From Tubiluchus corallicola (lineage: Eukaryota > Animalia > Priapulida): 64,000 bases of DNA. The stretch spans positions 101,742 through 165,741 of the forward strand of contig JAQGDQ010000346.1 of NCBI GenBank assembly GCA_030141605.1, in the 5' to 3' direction. The notes under the pieces were generated by a model, which saw nothing but the letters and a program-made list of their open reading frames with translations, was not told the DNA's origin and made no database searches. Position 1 is the first letter of the stretch; every line of letters starts with the position of its first letter. Shown here piece by piece: positions 1 through 11,930 of this stretch. The position numbers and the translations under genes are program-made.

Positions 1-2124
1 AAGGATTTCCTGATTCCAGCCAAGTTCATAATTGCGTGGGAGATGAGAATGCATTGCGTGGGAGAGGAGAATGTATTGAATGATTTTCATATATTTATAT
101 TATAGAAGATTTTATGGGATGAGTTTTCATATACCTGCTATTTTTAATGCCTTTGAGCAAAATGCATTTTCTGCCTTTGAGCAAAAACCGTGGACACGGC
201 CTCCTGAATATTACCGACATATTCTGCGAATTAAATTATATATAACCACCAAACTTACATTTATTACTAAGAACGCGTCTGACGAGATACGAACCTAAAC
301 CCTTTAGTGCTACTCCTTACTGACAGTAGCTCTACCTCTGGCGATAAAGTGCATCTTCGATGATCAGGCCCAAAAATGAACAAAACATTTATAAAATAAT
401 ATACATTTATTACTATTATATTTATGCCATCACTACAAGTATACAACAGCATCCACGAGATGAACTCTGTCACAATTCCGCATCGTCACGGGTTTTAATA
501 TTTTTATTAGGTTAAACGTGTGGGAAGTAATAAACAACGCCCTCGTGATCATAACGACGTTGTAATAGAAAAATGTTCAATAAAGCATTAATAAATGGCG
601 ATAAACTGAACCAAAATAAGACGTTTTACAACGTGCTTCTGTTACAATCTCAAACAGTTTGCATACGCCTACAAACGTAGCATTTCTATTTCACAAATGT
701 TTAAAATCTCGGTAAAAAACTGAGCTTTTCCTGAATGCCATATCCGCCAAGTTAATTACATCCTTTTGAGCAATCTTTTTGAAGCCAGTTGCGAGCTTTT
801 ATGAAGCCATTGTGTGTGCATTGCAGCCGTCTGTTTACATTAACGTTCGCGTACGTTTACGTTGTTATACTACAGTTTCTCTCTCCCACGATCCCACCCC
901 CGCGTCAGTAATATATCTGCATAGCTGAAGTAAATGATACCATATTTTGCTTAAAATGCTATAACAGCATTAGGAAATTAAGCAAACGAATGAAAAAAGT
1001 TACGTATACAGCATTCAAAGCACAAGAACACCCCTTCGCTTGCATAAAGCTTAAAAAATTCGTCTTGTAATTTTATACCACTCACACAATGCCTTTTTGC
1101 ATGCAGGGCTTACGTCGGCAGTAACGCTGTATAATACCTGTAATTTAAACTACCGCGATGACCGTTAGACGCGACTATTTCGACGATAGGTCATGTGAAA
1201 CAAGTTTAGATAACGCCGAGTAAAGTTTGAAAAAATAATCAGAGCATTCGTGGCGCACACGTTACTAACTAAGTAAAATTTTAAATTACTGTATGTTGTC
1301 AATAAAATAAAAAAATACGTTTTTGGTAGTGAATGGTGCACTCCGGAGGTGAGTCATAGACATTGTGCTATTTGGTGAAAACATTTTATATAATTAATAA
1401 TTTTCTTTTTTGTCTTGCAAGTACGCAAGCGAAATGCATAGTAATACAACTTTACATGGAAAGTTTTTTTGTAACTGAACATTAAAGGAAAGGCCAAGCC
1501 TTCTGGAAAGTTAAGCTTATTTCTATGTTCGCAAAAAATGTTTGAAGGATTTAGTAATAAAACTGCAATAGGCACCTCGTGTAACTAGTAAAATCACTTT
1601 GAAGACGCTTGAGGGCTACCATTTTCAATGCCCATTCTTTTTACCAAGACGTCATTCGTCCTGAAGAAAAATAACACACTGTTAATGTTCGTCAAAAGTA
1701 TAAAAGTTGTTACAAAACACTAGATACCTGATTTTGTAGCATTTTTGCGCGAATATTAGGTAAGCTGCAGAAGTTTGAATTAATTTAAGCAGCGCACGCT
1801 CACGGAAGTCATGAAGTTTCGCAGTTACGTCATAATTTTCAAAAGAATGACGGCAACTACCACCCCTGAAAACGTCTATTCAGAGGTAGTATATTTTAGA
1901 TTTAAGCTCTATAGAAAGTTTTTTGCAAATTTCTTTGTTATGTTCTTCTACGTTTAAGAGATAACAGTAAAATAAACACAACATACTGACTGACTTGTTC
2001 TTTCCTTTAAACATATTTTCCAACAAAAGGCAAAGAACAACATTGGAAACCTCAAACACGAAGTTAGCACCCTGTAGTTCTCCCAGGACTGCTACAAGAC
2101 TTAACTGAGCCCAATAACAATGAC

Positions 2125-2325
2125 CTAAAACTCTGATACGGAAAAAGTGCGCCAAGGTACCACTGAAAATAGTTGAGTATTAAGGATAAGGAAGGGTTTC
2201 ATTGTGTATAAAGCCTCTGCTGCCTTGAGGTCTTGTAAGTTTTGCACTCTATCCAAAATGTCAAAAGCAGGGTCAAAGTTGTCCATGTCACCTCCACACG
2301 CAATGCGTTGATATTGTACTGAATG
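2125..2325 (-). mobile_element. Relic of a GIY-YIG endonuclease C-terminus, Penelope-like element type
   Basis: Minus-strand frame reads HSVQYQRIACGGDMDNFDPAFDILDRVQNLQDLKAAEALYTMKPFLILNTQL, resembling the 'F.IL......L...EAL.I....P.LN.Q' end of PLE GIY-YIG domains. No upstream RT is visible. Confidence 0.5.
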
Positions 2326-4072
2326 TCATCCAATGGTAATCTTACTTGCGTGTTTTTACAGAAATTTACATTCTAACACCTACTATAGTGACTTCGTATT
2401 TCTATAGTGTTTGTAGGCCAATAAATTTCTGTGCTAATGTTGCTAAGGAGTGTTTTTGGCCTTTTCAACTTTACAATTATTTTCAACTTGAATATAATTG
2501 TAAACCGAAACGGTCATCGCAATTGTAAATATAAATAATAATAGAAACAGAAAAGGGGTCTTTCTATGTTTTAATGCCTGATTTTATCCATGATCATCAT
2601 ATGCCCATCGTGTCTGGGCAGGTAGAATTCTAAAATAAAAGAAGTCTGGACTCAAGACAGGCAAACAGTAACACACTAGACGCTGCCATGCCAGCGGCTT
2701 GTCAATAATCATAATTGTGCTTTAACCTAGAAGTTTCCTTCGCAGTTGGACACGTTGCACCATCTACCGACAAAAACTAAAAATTGTCTTATACTGCGTT
2801 TTAGCAAGAAGCGCCTATCCTAACATTAAAATTATTTCTTCCGCACAACTTCACGTACTGAAAAAGGGAATTATTAGTGTTTCTTGGTGAAAGTATGCGT
2901 AAACTTTGTTTCAACGCTTCACAGTAAAGCGAGTAGCTATGATCCCATTGAGTTTGTTGATTTGAAGTGGGTAACTAATGACTCTGTGGAATGACTCTGC
3001 TACTTTATCTCTTATACAAAACAGGCTCACTGTTTCATTTTATGAGAACAAAGCGATAAAAATTAGACCAGACGCCCTCGTCATAAACTGATGACATTAC
3101 CTACTGCCTGTCACCGCAACTGCTACCACCATTACTATCAGCACTACAACCACAACGCCTAAGGTTAATCATTTTCTCAATACGATTCATGATTCACCAT
3201 TTATTTTTGAGCGCATTAACTGCTCATGGCCTTTTTAATTATTACTTCTGTGCAAAACGTTACCTGAAAGTGATTCATTCGATAATATTGTCCGCAAGAG
3301 TACTTTATAGAATTAATGTATCATCTTACGATGAGAATCGTGATAAACGTAAGCAAGAATCGGATACTCTAACAAGTGCAAATACAGCGATTAAGTATCT
3401 ATCCAGACGCTCGATTTAGTAACGTACTTACGAAATTGCAAAACGTACTAAAGACCTTTGGTGTAACTAAAAGAAAAAATCAAGTTTGGCTTGTATACTA
3501 CACTTTTATTTTAACAACACCGTATAACAACAAAATTCATAACACTACAGAAAGTAAAAAATTGAGCATTTCGGTGTAGCTATAACCTTTAATAAAACTT
3601 CATACCACTTCATTATCTTAAATACGTCTAATTAGTGTAATTGACTGAACATGTATGGCAACTGTTGACTCTGTCATGAATAGTGAAATAAAATCTTAAA
3701 GAAAAAACCAATTTATTAAAAAGGAAATAAAAATATGCATCGATTAAATTTAAAAATTAAACTTTTCAATTTATCAAAAGCTCAGTCTAATTCTTTTAAA
3801 AACTTACAAATATACATTAGTTTAGTTTTGCACTTTAAGTGCTCGGCTTCAGAAAATGCCACTTAATTAACTTACAGTTAAGCTAATGGATAAAAAAATT
3901 AATTTAATTTGACCACAAAATAAAATCAATGTATTGTATGTATGGACAGATAGGAATAATACTGAAATTATTTAATAAACCTGGGCAAACTGTTGGCTGT
4001 CTGTTTACTGACTTGACTTTTAATGTCGGTCCGTTTTCTCATTTTTTTAAACTACCATAAAATATTGTTCTG

Positions 4073-7000
4073 TCAGCTGCTTAATTCTCCCATTCGCCGC
4101 CGTGTGGCAGCACGCATCTTCTCGTGAATTTCTTTTCCCATGCCTGGCTGAGTTCTGAAACGGAACTGGACATCGTCTCTTCCATGTACAGCTTTGAACG
4201 AGAACATTACAGGTCTTGAACCAAACCTGGAATTTGGAAAAAATGTTAATGTCCCTTTTGACCAAAACTTGCCAATGTGTGTAACATAACAAGATGCTCT
4301 GACATCACAAAAAATTGATTAAAAGTACATCCTGCAAGATTCTGGGTAACAAAATGTGCCAAAAATTAGTGACTTACTCTCTTATGTTCTCGTAGCGCCA
4401 TCTGTTGAGCACGTGTGAAGAATCGTCTGTAGGTGTAAGCAAAACTTCTTGATGTCCGATATGGAATACATATTCCTTGCCAGGCTGTATATTTGGGGTA
4501 GTTTTCAACCCGTCTGTTTCGATGGGCTGTATAATGAATGACGAAGACATGCCTGAAAAATAGTATCTCATAAAGCTATAGTAAGTTGCTAAGATTGTCA
4601 TTGTTTTAACAAGTTTATTTATTGGTATGTTAAACATTTGACTGGTTTTTAGAGTTATTAATTAGTAGCTATTCGGATGGCATGCTACATGATTGGATTG
4701 TTGACCTGCTTCTTCAAATAGCCAGTCAATTCTGTCAGCTCGTTTAGCTAGGAGTTTGAGGTTAGATTATTAGTTGGTCACAACACTGATCAGTGTAAGT
4801 GAACTCATTTCTGGAATTTTGCTTACGTTGCCACATTCGATGCACATTACTGACTTTTTACAGCCACCTCAGTTTTTATTTTTTGAGTAGTTGTGCAGCA
4901 GGGTTATAACAGACTGATTAGATGAATGTATTTTGTGTGAATGCTTGTGGTTACCTGAGTTCAATACTCACTCTGGGTGCTTTCATTAACCACATTGATT
5001 CTGCATCATTCTAACTGTTTACCTCGTACAGGGACATGGCATTCCCATCCAAACGTGGCTGAGACATGGTTACCAATTCAGTGGAGCATCCTAAAGGATA
5101 TCCTTCACAATGAGTTATGTTCCATCACGCCACAAATGTCGGCTTGAACAGGCCATTGTTCAATCCTGCATTCCAGTTTGTACTGTGTCGAAATGTGTAA
5201 AAAAATTCAACAAATGAAAAAGTGACATTTTAAAAAACATCAAAATCTCCTTACTTTCCTGTGTTTTTACGGCTGGCTGTTCACCGCTTCCCTGAAAAAC
5301 AGTTGAGTAGTGTGGGACCTTTACCGGTGTCCTGTTATACGGTGCAACTTGAGGAACACCACCAGCAGTTCGGCCAACATAGATGACCTCGACTAGTGAC
5401 CCAGGTGCTTCTTCATGAATGGCATTGACAAGCTCTTTCACGTGGGTTGTAACAATGGTTTTTGGATGAACGATAAACTGTTCAATGACACCAAAGGTCC
5501 TGTTAACATAAAGGAAAAAAAATGAATTAATAAAATATAATGAAATTTGCAGTTACTACATAAAGGCAATATTATCAGTGTGAATTCTCATTTAATAATT
5601 TGAAGCTAATAACCGTTTGTGCAGTTAAGCAGTGTTTTCATACCACAAAATGGCTAGATAAGTTTTTTTTTGAATAAATATAATTTATTTACATTTCATT
5701 AAGTACACAAAATACAAAACACAATTAAAATTACATGATTAAAATGAATAATTTTAGATGAGTCTGCGCGATATTATATGAAATGTAGGGGATGATGAAG
5801 TGAAAGACTGATAGAGTCAGTCCCCTATCAGATTAGTTGAATGAGCTCAGATTATTAAAATTATTTTCACAAATTATTTCATCTAGTAATAAAAAGGAGA
5901 TGAGTATGAGCTTATTTAACTTTCTATTCTGAGAAAAATACATCTTTTATTTTATACACGGGTATTAGACTTTTATATATTATTTATTGCTTGATAACAA
6001 CTACCTGCCCAACTTATTTTAGTACTGCCTTTTTAAGTGTTCCGCTGCTAGTCTGTCTTTGTTGTTCGATAAATCGCATCCTTTACACTTTTACACAGCT
6101 TTGCTATAATTACAAGCTTGGACAATATTATGCTGTTTAGTGTGGCCAGGATAGTGAGGATACATCATATTATACGACTTTTTCAATATGCAGCTAAAAT
6201 ATAGGTAACAGTTTAATTATGAAAGGCAAAATTTCCGTATCTACAGAAGGGTACGGTATTTCATATCACACGGGGTCTAAAGTGTGATGGGACAGTGGCA
6301 ATAAGAATCATTTTCCCAATATGATGTAATGTCAGAAATGAAGGCAAACCTTTGCTAAGCTATCGAGAAATAGCTAATTTTAGTGTAACTCTCACTATAC
6401 GTTGCTACTTGAATTGTTTTAGTCTATTCATTTTTCTTTTTTGTTCAACCTTTTGTTCACTTGTTTGCTTCATTGTAAATTTGTTCAATTGTTTGCTTCA
6501 TTGTAAATTTGTTCACCATTTTTCTATCTATCTATTTTTCAATTGCTCAATTATTCATTTGTTCGTTCGTTCGTTCGTTCGTCCGTTCATTCATCCATTT
6601 ATTCATTCATTTATGGTGAATAACGTGATATTGTTAATACCTAACATCTTCTAACACTAGTAAGCAGTCAGCATTATTCAGGAAGACGTTTCGCAAAAAC
6701 TTCCGTCCTTCCTCCAACGTCTCCGGCTGTTTATGGTGAAACTGATACCTGTAACATTATCGGAAATAAGCTTAGGGATTGCCACATACTACACAAACTG
6801 TACTAAATACCACAAATAGAATGGCACTTTAGCACTCAGTAAAGCATCGACCCCTCCAAAGCCTGCGAAGTACAATATTAATTTGATTAAACAATGCAGC
6901 CTCATAAGTGAAGACGTCACCAATTGTATTGACGTCATCTCATTAATGACGTGTACACATGCTTTTGTAACTTTTTGTACAGCGCTCTACTGTGATGTCA

Positions 7001-9012
7001 CCTAGCATTTTCCCGCACACAGGTTATAGTTAACCAATGAGAATTGTTTCTTTCGCACTCTTCGTGGTTTGAAAGAACTCTCATTTGTCTCACGACTCAC
7101 CCCTGCACAAGGTTTCGCTGAAAGTCATTTTTGTGTAATTCTGTTGATAAACTAACAAATAAATAAGTAAACAAACAGATGTGCTGAAAATGTATATAAC
7201 CTCTTGGAGGAGATAATAACTAGAAGTAGGGTTGAACCTATTACTCAAACTGATTCAATAAGTGACAAGGACTTTGACGATTTCTAACAGGATGCAGCAT
7301 ACATGTTTGCATTCAAAGTCATGCGATGTTTTTAGCATAGCAGAGCATTAGGATGACACTGTCTACAAAAGTAACTGTGTTCATACCTTTCATCCATTCT
7401 GGTTAGCAAGGACTTCAATTTTAAATACAGTTCACCTTCGTCCGCTGCCTTTTCCATTTTCTGCCAGATTATATCTGTTGGAAATTGTTGCACATCATGC
7501 CAGAAGTTTTGCACCCTCAAAGCAGCTGCCAACAGTTCGCTCTCAGATGTGGTATCACTATCTCCATAAATTAACAAAAATCCTGGTGTTTTTCTGTTCC
7601 TTAAATTGTGTATGGACGCGACTATTTTTAAGAGGAGAGCTTGTACCTCTGGAGGTGGGCTGCTTAATACTGCCGGTGGAACAGGAACTCTCCCCCTTTC
7701 TAGAATGCTTCCGGCACTATCATTGGTCGGTTTTGCAGAATCTCTTAAACTCGTTTCTGCTTGAAATTTCGCAGCAAGTTCATCCATGTTGACTGCCTCC
7801 GTGTCCAGTAATTGAACTGCATCGTTTTTTATTGCCTGATACGTTTTTTCCACTTTGGTTGCTAAATCAGGCATCCCAATAACTTCAGGCGTCTTCAACG
7901 CCTCCAAAAACTTGTAATAGGCACGATTGTCCCTAGTTACTAAGATATCTATCAGTTTAGACGCTTTGTCATAGGGCGTTTTCTGAAAAAAGGAGAAAAG
8001 TTTTTAGAAAAACTTAACAATCAAGGTAGAAACACGCTAAAATGACAAGGGATGCGTTCAAAACTCAAACAAATTAAAAGATTAGGGCGTCAGGTATTAG
8101 GGTCAGTGATCTCTGACGCTTTCTCTGTTAGATGTCTCCCAGGGTTGATTAGAATAGGTTTATTTTGATTCATCAGACATACAAAAGCTGCCTGGTGAAC
8201 ATATGCTTGCACACATTTAGCAAATAAATTCTTGAAAGCAAACCGAAATGATCAAATATGTAAAGTCATAGTATGTATTCACAAAGTTCATTTTTATAGT
8301 ACCGCTAATTTATTTATTGCATTTTAACTTGCTCCAAAAAGTCCTCATTAACCCCGTATTCATGTAATAAGTGCTAGATCATGACTTTGAGTAGTTTTAC
8401 CCTTTGAGAGATTTCATAGAAAAATTCTCAAATTTCCTAGAACGTTAATAGTTAAAAGAACGACGTTTAATCAAGAAAAAACTAACATACAAATAGCAAC
8501 ACGATTTGCTTCGAATGTTTTGACCTTTCGGCATCAAAAATTTAATTGTAATATAGTAATCATTGTAAGCATCCTGCATTGTAAATTTGTAATACGTGTG
8601 CTTGCAAGGTGTTTTCTATATTACTGCATCGTGGTGATGTTTTAACGTCTGAACAGTCGAAATAAATCGTGTTACTAATTGTGTGGATGCTGGTGTTTTC
8701 TTAGCAGCTTTATACCGCCCACTTGTTACGTAAAGTACGCTACATTCGAAGTGTTGTAACATCTAACATTTTAATTAACATATAATTAGTAAATTAATCA
8801 AAATTTTGATCTGGTAAGACGGGGAAGGTAAAGTCCCATGTAGTACAAGCCGCTAAAATGTATGTTACCTCAATATGAATTGCGTCCTGATCGCTTCTGG
8901 TCAAGATGTTCTCTTGAAGAAGGAACGACACAGTTGAGGGAAGGCATGGTCGAATTCTGCTGACAATTTCAGCTCGGTGGCCATTAATGGCCTGTTCTTT
9001 CTGCTCTTCCAT
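4073..9012 (-). CDS. Apaf-1-like CARD + degenerate NB-ARC NBD + IRS-type PTB domain protein (~473 aa, 6 coding exons)
   Basis: Exons 8869-9012, 7387-7982, 6641-6748, 5255-5499, 4378-4552, 4073-4226. All introns are GT-AG with matching phases (0,2,2,1,2), total 1422 nt, no internal stop. CARD: MEEQKEQAINGHRAEIVSRI...FLLQENILT...KASKLIDILVTRDNRAYYKFLEAL. NBD: ILERGRVPVPP...GFLLIYG...LYLKLKSLLTRMD...LEEGRKFLR...LLVLEDV...KTIVTTH. PTB: RWRYENIREFGSRPVMFSFKA...FRFRTQPGMGKEIHEKM. Minus-strand AATAAA near 3712. Confidence 0.85.
6555..6612. repeat. (TTCG)n/(TTCA)n microsatellite
   Basis: Tetranucleotide runs visible directly; intronic. Confidence 0.85.
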
Positions 9013-10439
9013 CCTACGTGGTTGTCTCTAAATGAAATGCAAATAATGAAGTTTTGATACATGTAGCATACTGCTAAACTTGGGTGGTATTTAACAGAAG
9101 CGAAACTTTTTGGTCCAGACTAACAGTTAGTCATGGTAACCACTACAATATCCAGTAGCAAATATGTTATAGGCCTAGCACAGTTTATTAAAATATCAAA
9201 TGCATATAATAATTAATTTCGCATATTTACTGCTTATCTTGCCTAACTGTTTCTACTTGTTTATATTTATTACATAATAATAAGCAAGCCGCGTGATCTA
9301 GCATTATGAGCAGGTATTACATTTCACCATTTGAAAGAATTTGTCTGTTGTATAACAGTTAGCACGTCTTATACGCTATGATTAGAAGATCCATCAAGTT
9401 GCTGGGTTAATGACCTCAAAACGAAATTTTCTCCTTCGTCAATGTCCATTTTGGCAACAACATCAAATTTCAGAAAATCAGCTCTCTGCGGGCTGGAATT
9501 GGAACCATTCATCTTCAGAGCACTAAGTCACAATAGTAGCGGAAAGAAAACTTAACATCTAGGATCAATCACCAATGCCTAAGGAACGAAACTAGATTAC
9601 TAGATGTTGTTTGAGGCTAATTGTAGGCCAGTAATTTTTTGGTAGAGATTGTAAGAATTAGGGCAACCATTTCCAGGTCATTAATTAGATGGTTTTTCAA
9701 AGACATTAGTATTTATTAATTACGCCGAAAAGTGAAGACGAATGTTTAAACTTTTTCCTACATTCTTTTCATTTTGTTTTCAAAACAACTCGTAAAATGC
9801 GGCAAGGAGCGGTAATCCCGCGCGCGACTGGCTAAACAAACAAGCAAAACCAGTAAATAATCACAGGCAAACCATTGAACTTTGAAGCAAGTGGGATATC
9901 CTTCACTACATTCGTATTATTGGGTGGACGCCACTGTGTACAATATCGACTCCCTCCTCTGCGTAAACTTAATAATAACCATTTTAGTTCACCCAACACT
10001 CTTTTTTGTTTCAGAACTCCCTCACCAATTCGATTTCCAATTTTCTTTGCAGCTAATCGGTCAACAACGTTCGTCTTGAGGTATACTCTCACTCAATACT
10101 TAAGATTTTTAGTCTACATTTTAACTTCTTTCTGGTTAATTCTGCTACCATGCTGTTTCCAAAGCAGAAGTGTAAAATCACCGCATGACTGTAATATGTT
10201 TGTTTATTGAACCACCATTACATACATTACATTACAAACAAATAAACAAGACAGATTTAATCAACAGTGAAACAGCGTTTACTAGAGACAAAATCCCTAT
10301 ACAAAGGAACATTGTGGTTCGAGCGTACAGAACAAATCACAATAAATTCATACAAGTATTAAAAATAATAATTATCACGGCAATGTTACATAAGGTAGTA
10401 TTAACAACTGTCTACGCAAATGTATCTAGATTTCATATT

Positions 10440-10860
10440 GACAATAAATGATTCCAAGTTTGAAAGGCTGATTCCAGAAAAACTACAATAAACTTGCATA
10501 AATGGATATCTTGACTACTCATTATAAAGACAAATTTATCATTGTCATTTGGTATGGCAGAGAACTCAGGGAACAAATTTTCAATATTATTAAAAAGTGT
10601 CAATCTATCATAATGGACGTTTCATAAGTAAGTGCATATTATCTTGAATTTGGTTAAAGTCACAATAATTACAAATTGGCTCACGTGCAAAGTTTATGGT
10701 ACCGGCCAGATTCAATATTAACTATATACATGTAATCCGTATTATAGAAAGAGCGTAGTATACATAATGTGAAATCGCTTGCTGTGAACTTATGAAACCA
10801 AGTTTCTCCACCAAAAGCTCATAAATCGTAGATTTCGCAACCATGTTGTCATTCGCTTCT
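10440..10860 (-). mobile_element. Non-LTR retrotransposon (LINE) ORF2 C-terminal relic
   Basis: Frameshifted fragments ALSIIRIT / ESGRYHKL / PICNYCDFNQIQDNMHLLMKRPL / LFPEFSAIPNDNDKFVFIMSSQD match the 'L.IETGRY...IC..C...EDE.HFL..CP.Y' zinc-knuckle tail of LINE ORF2. Confidence 0.6.
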
Positions 10861-11504
10861 TCTAATAACTGTGATTTTAATTAATTTTTAAAAATACAGA
10901 GGAAATCCTGTATTACTGTGAAGTGGAGAAAAATGAGTATGACGGCAAATAAAATGGTTATTGCGAAGTTTAGGCAGAAAAGAGAGTTAATGCTAACACC
11001 CATTGGCGTCAGAAACTTTGTGCAAACTTGTAGTGAACAGTAAGATTCTACGTGAAGAATGCGAAACTTACAGTCCCCGGTGAATGCTACTTGTCACACA
11101 ATCGATAGTCACGACTTACACACGTTTTCCAGTTTATTTGAAACGGCGCCGCACAGACGCCATTGTTGTAAAACAATTCAAAACTTGAACGATAATGATA
11201 CAGTAAAGAAGCCGAAACATTCGGGGTTTAAAAGGCAAAGAGATTGTAAGTAGCGCATTGAGACTGTCAGACAAAATGCTGTCTCATTCTATTCCATTTC
11301 ATTTTATTCTATTCCAATTCTAGTTTACAATTCTGATCTGAAAAAGCTAAATGGACAACATGCATGAAACTGCCCTTCGCTGCCTGCAATCTACTCATAG
11401 GGACACTCATTTTCCAAGTAACCTGGTTCAAAGCTGACATGCGTAATTCATCAATGGTGAAATACAGCTACAGATCACTATTAATTTTGTAGGTGTACAA
11501 GACT

Positions 11505-11930
11505 AACGAAACACCTGCTTTTAATTAATTCACAGATAGTTTCAAAAGTTTATTTAAATCATTACGTTTCGCAGAAACTACATGCTCCGCCAGGCTAAAA
11601 AAACAATGATATTTTTACAATCTGCACATAGTTAATGTACAACTGTACTAGTTAAATAAAAATGGGTAAACTGGTTATTTAAATAAACATAAAAACGAAC
11701 ATCAGTTGAAAAATTAAAGCATTTTCCTGTGTGAAACGTACACTTTTTAATACTTAAGCCTTTCAAGCAACTTTACTTGGTTTTATTGCATTTGTTTATT
11801 TATACATTAGCTATGTACTAACCAAAAGCATTATAATTTTTATTGTTTCTGCGAAACATAAAGGCTTAAATAAAGAATTTTTCAAGCAAACGGCGATGCG
11901 CATTAATTTCAAAAACATCTGTCAGCAGTT
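11505..11930. repeat. Degenerate inverted-repeat (MITE/foldback-like) element
   Basis: tttatttaaatcattacgtttcgcagaaac (~11549-11578) is the near reverse complement of gtttctgcgaaacataaaggcttaaataaa (~11845-11874). Inner pair: acatagttaatgta / tacattagctatgt. Boundaries approximate. Confidence 0.55.

Noticed and set aside
7332-7386. Stop at 7332 suggesting a truncated Apaf-1 pseudogene
   Set aside because: It lies inside intron 2; the AG|GTATGA donor at 7387/7386 splices in frame to the Walker B exon.
9832-10210. Three overlapping short ORFs upstream of the CARD gene
   Set aside because: No domain similarity or convincing splice link to the CARD exon.
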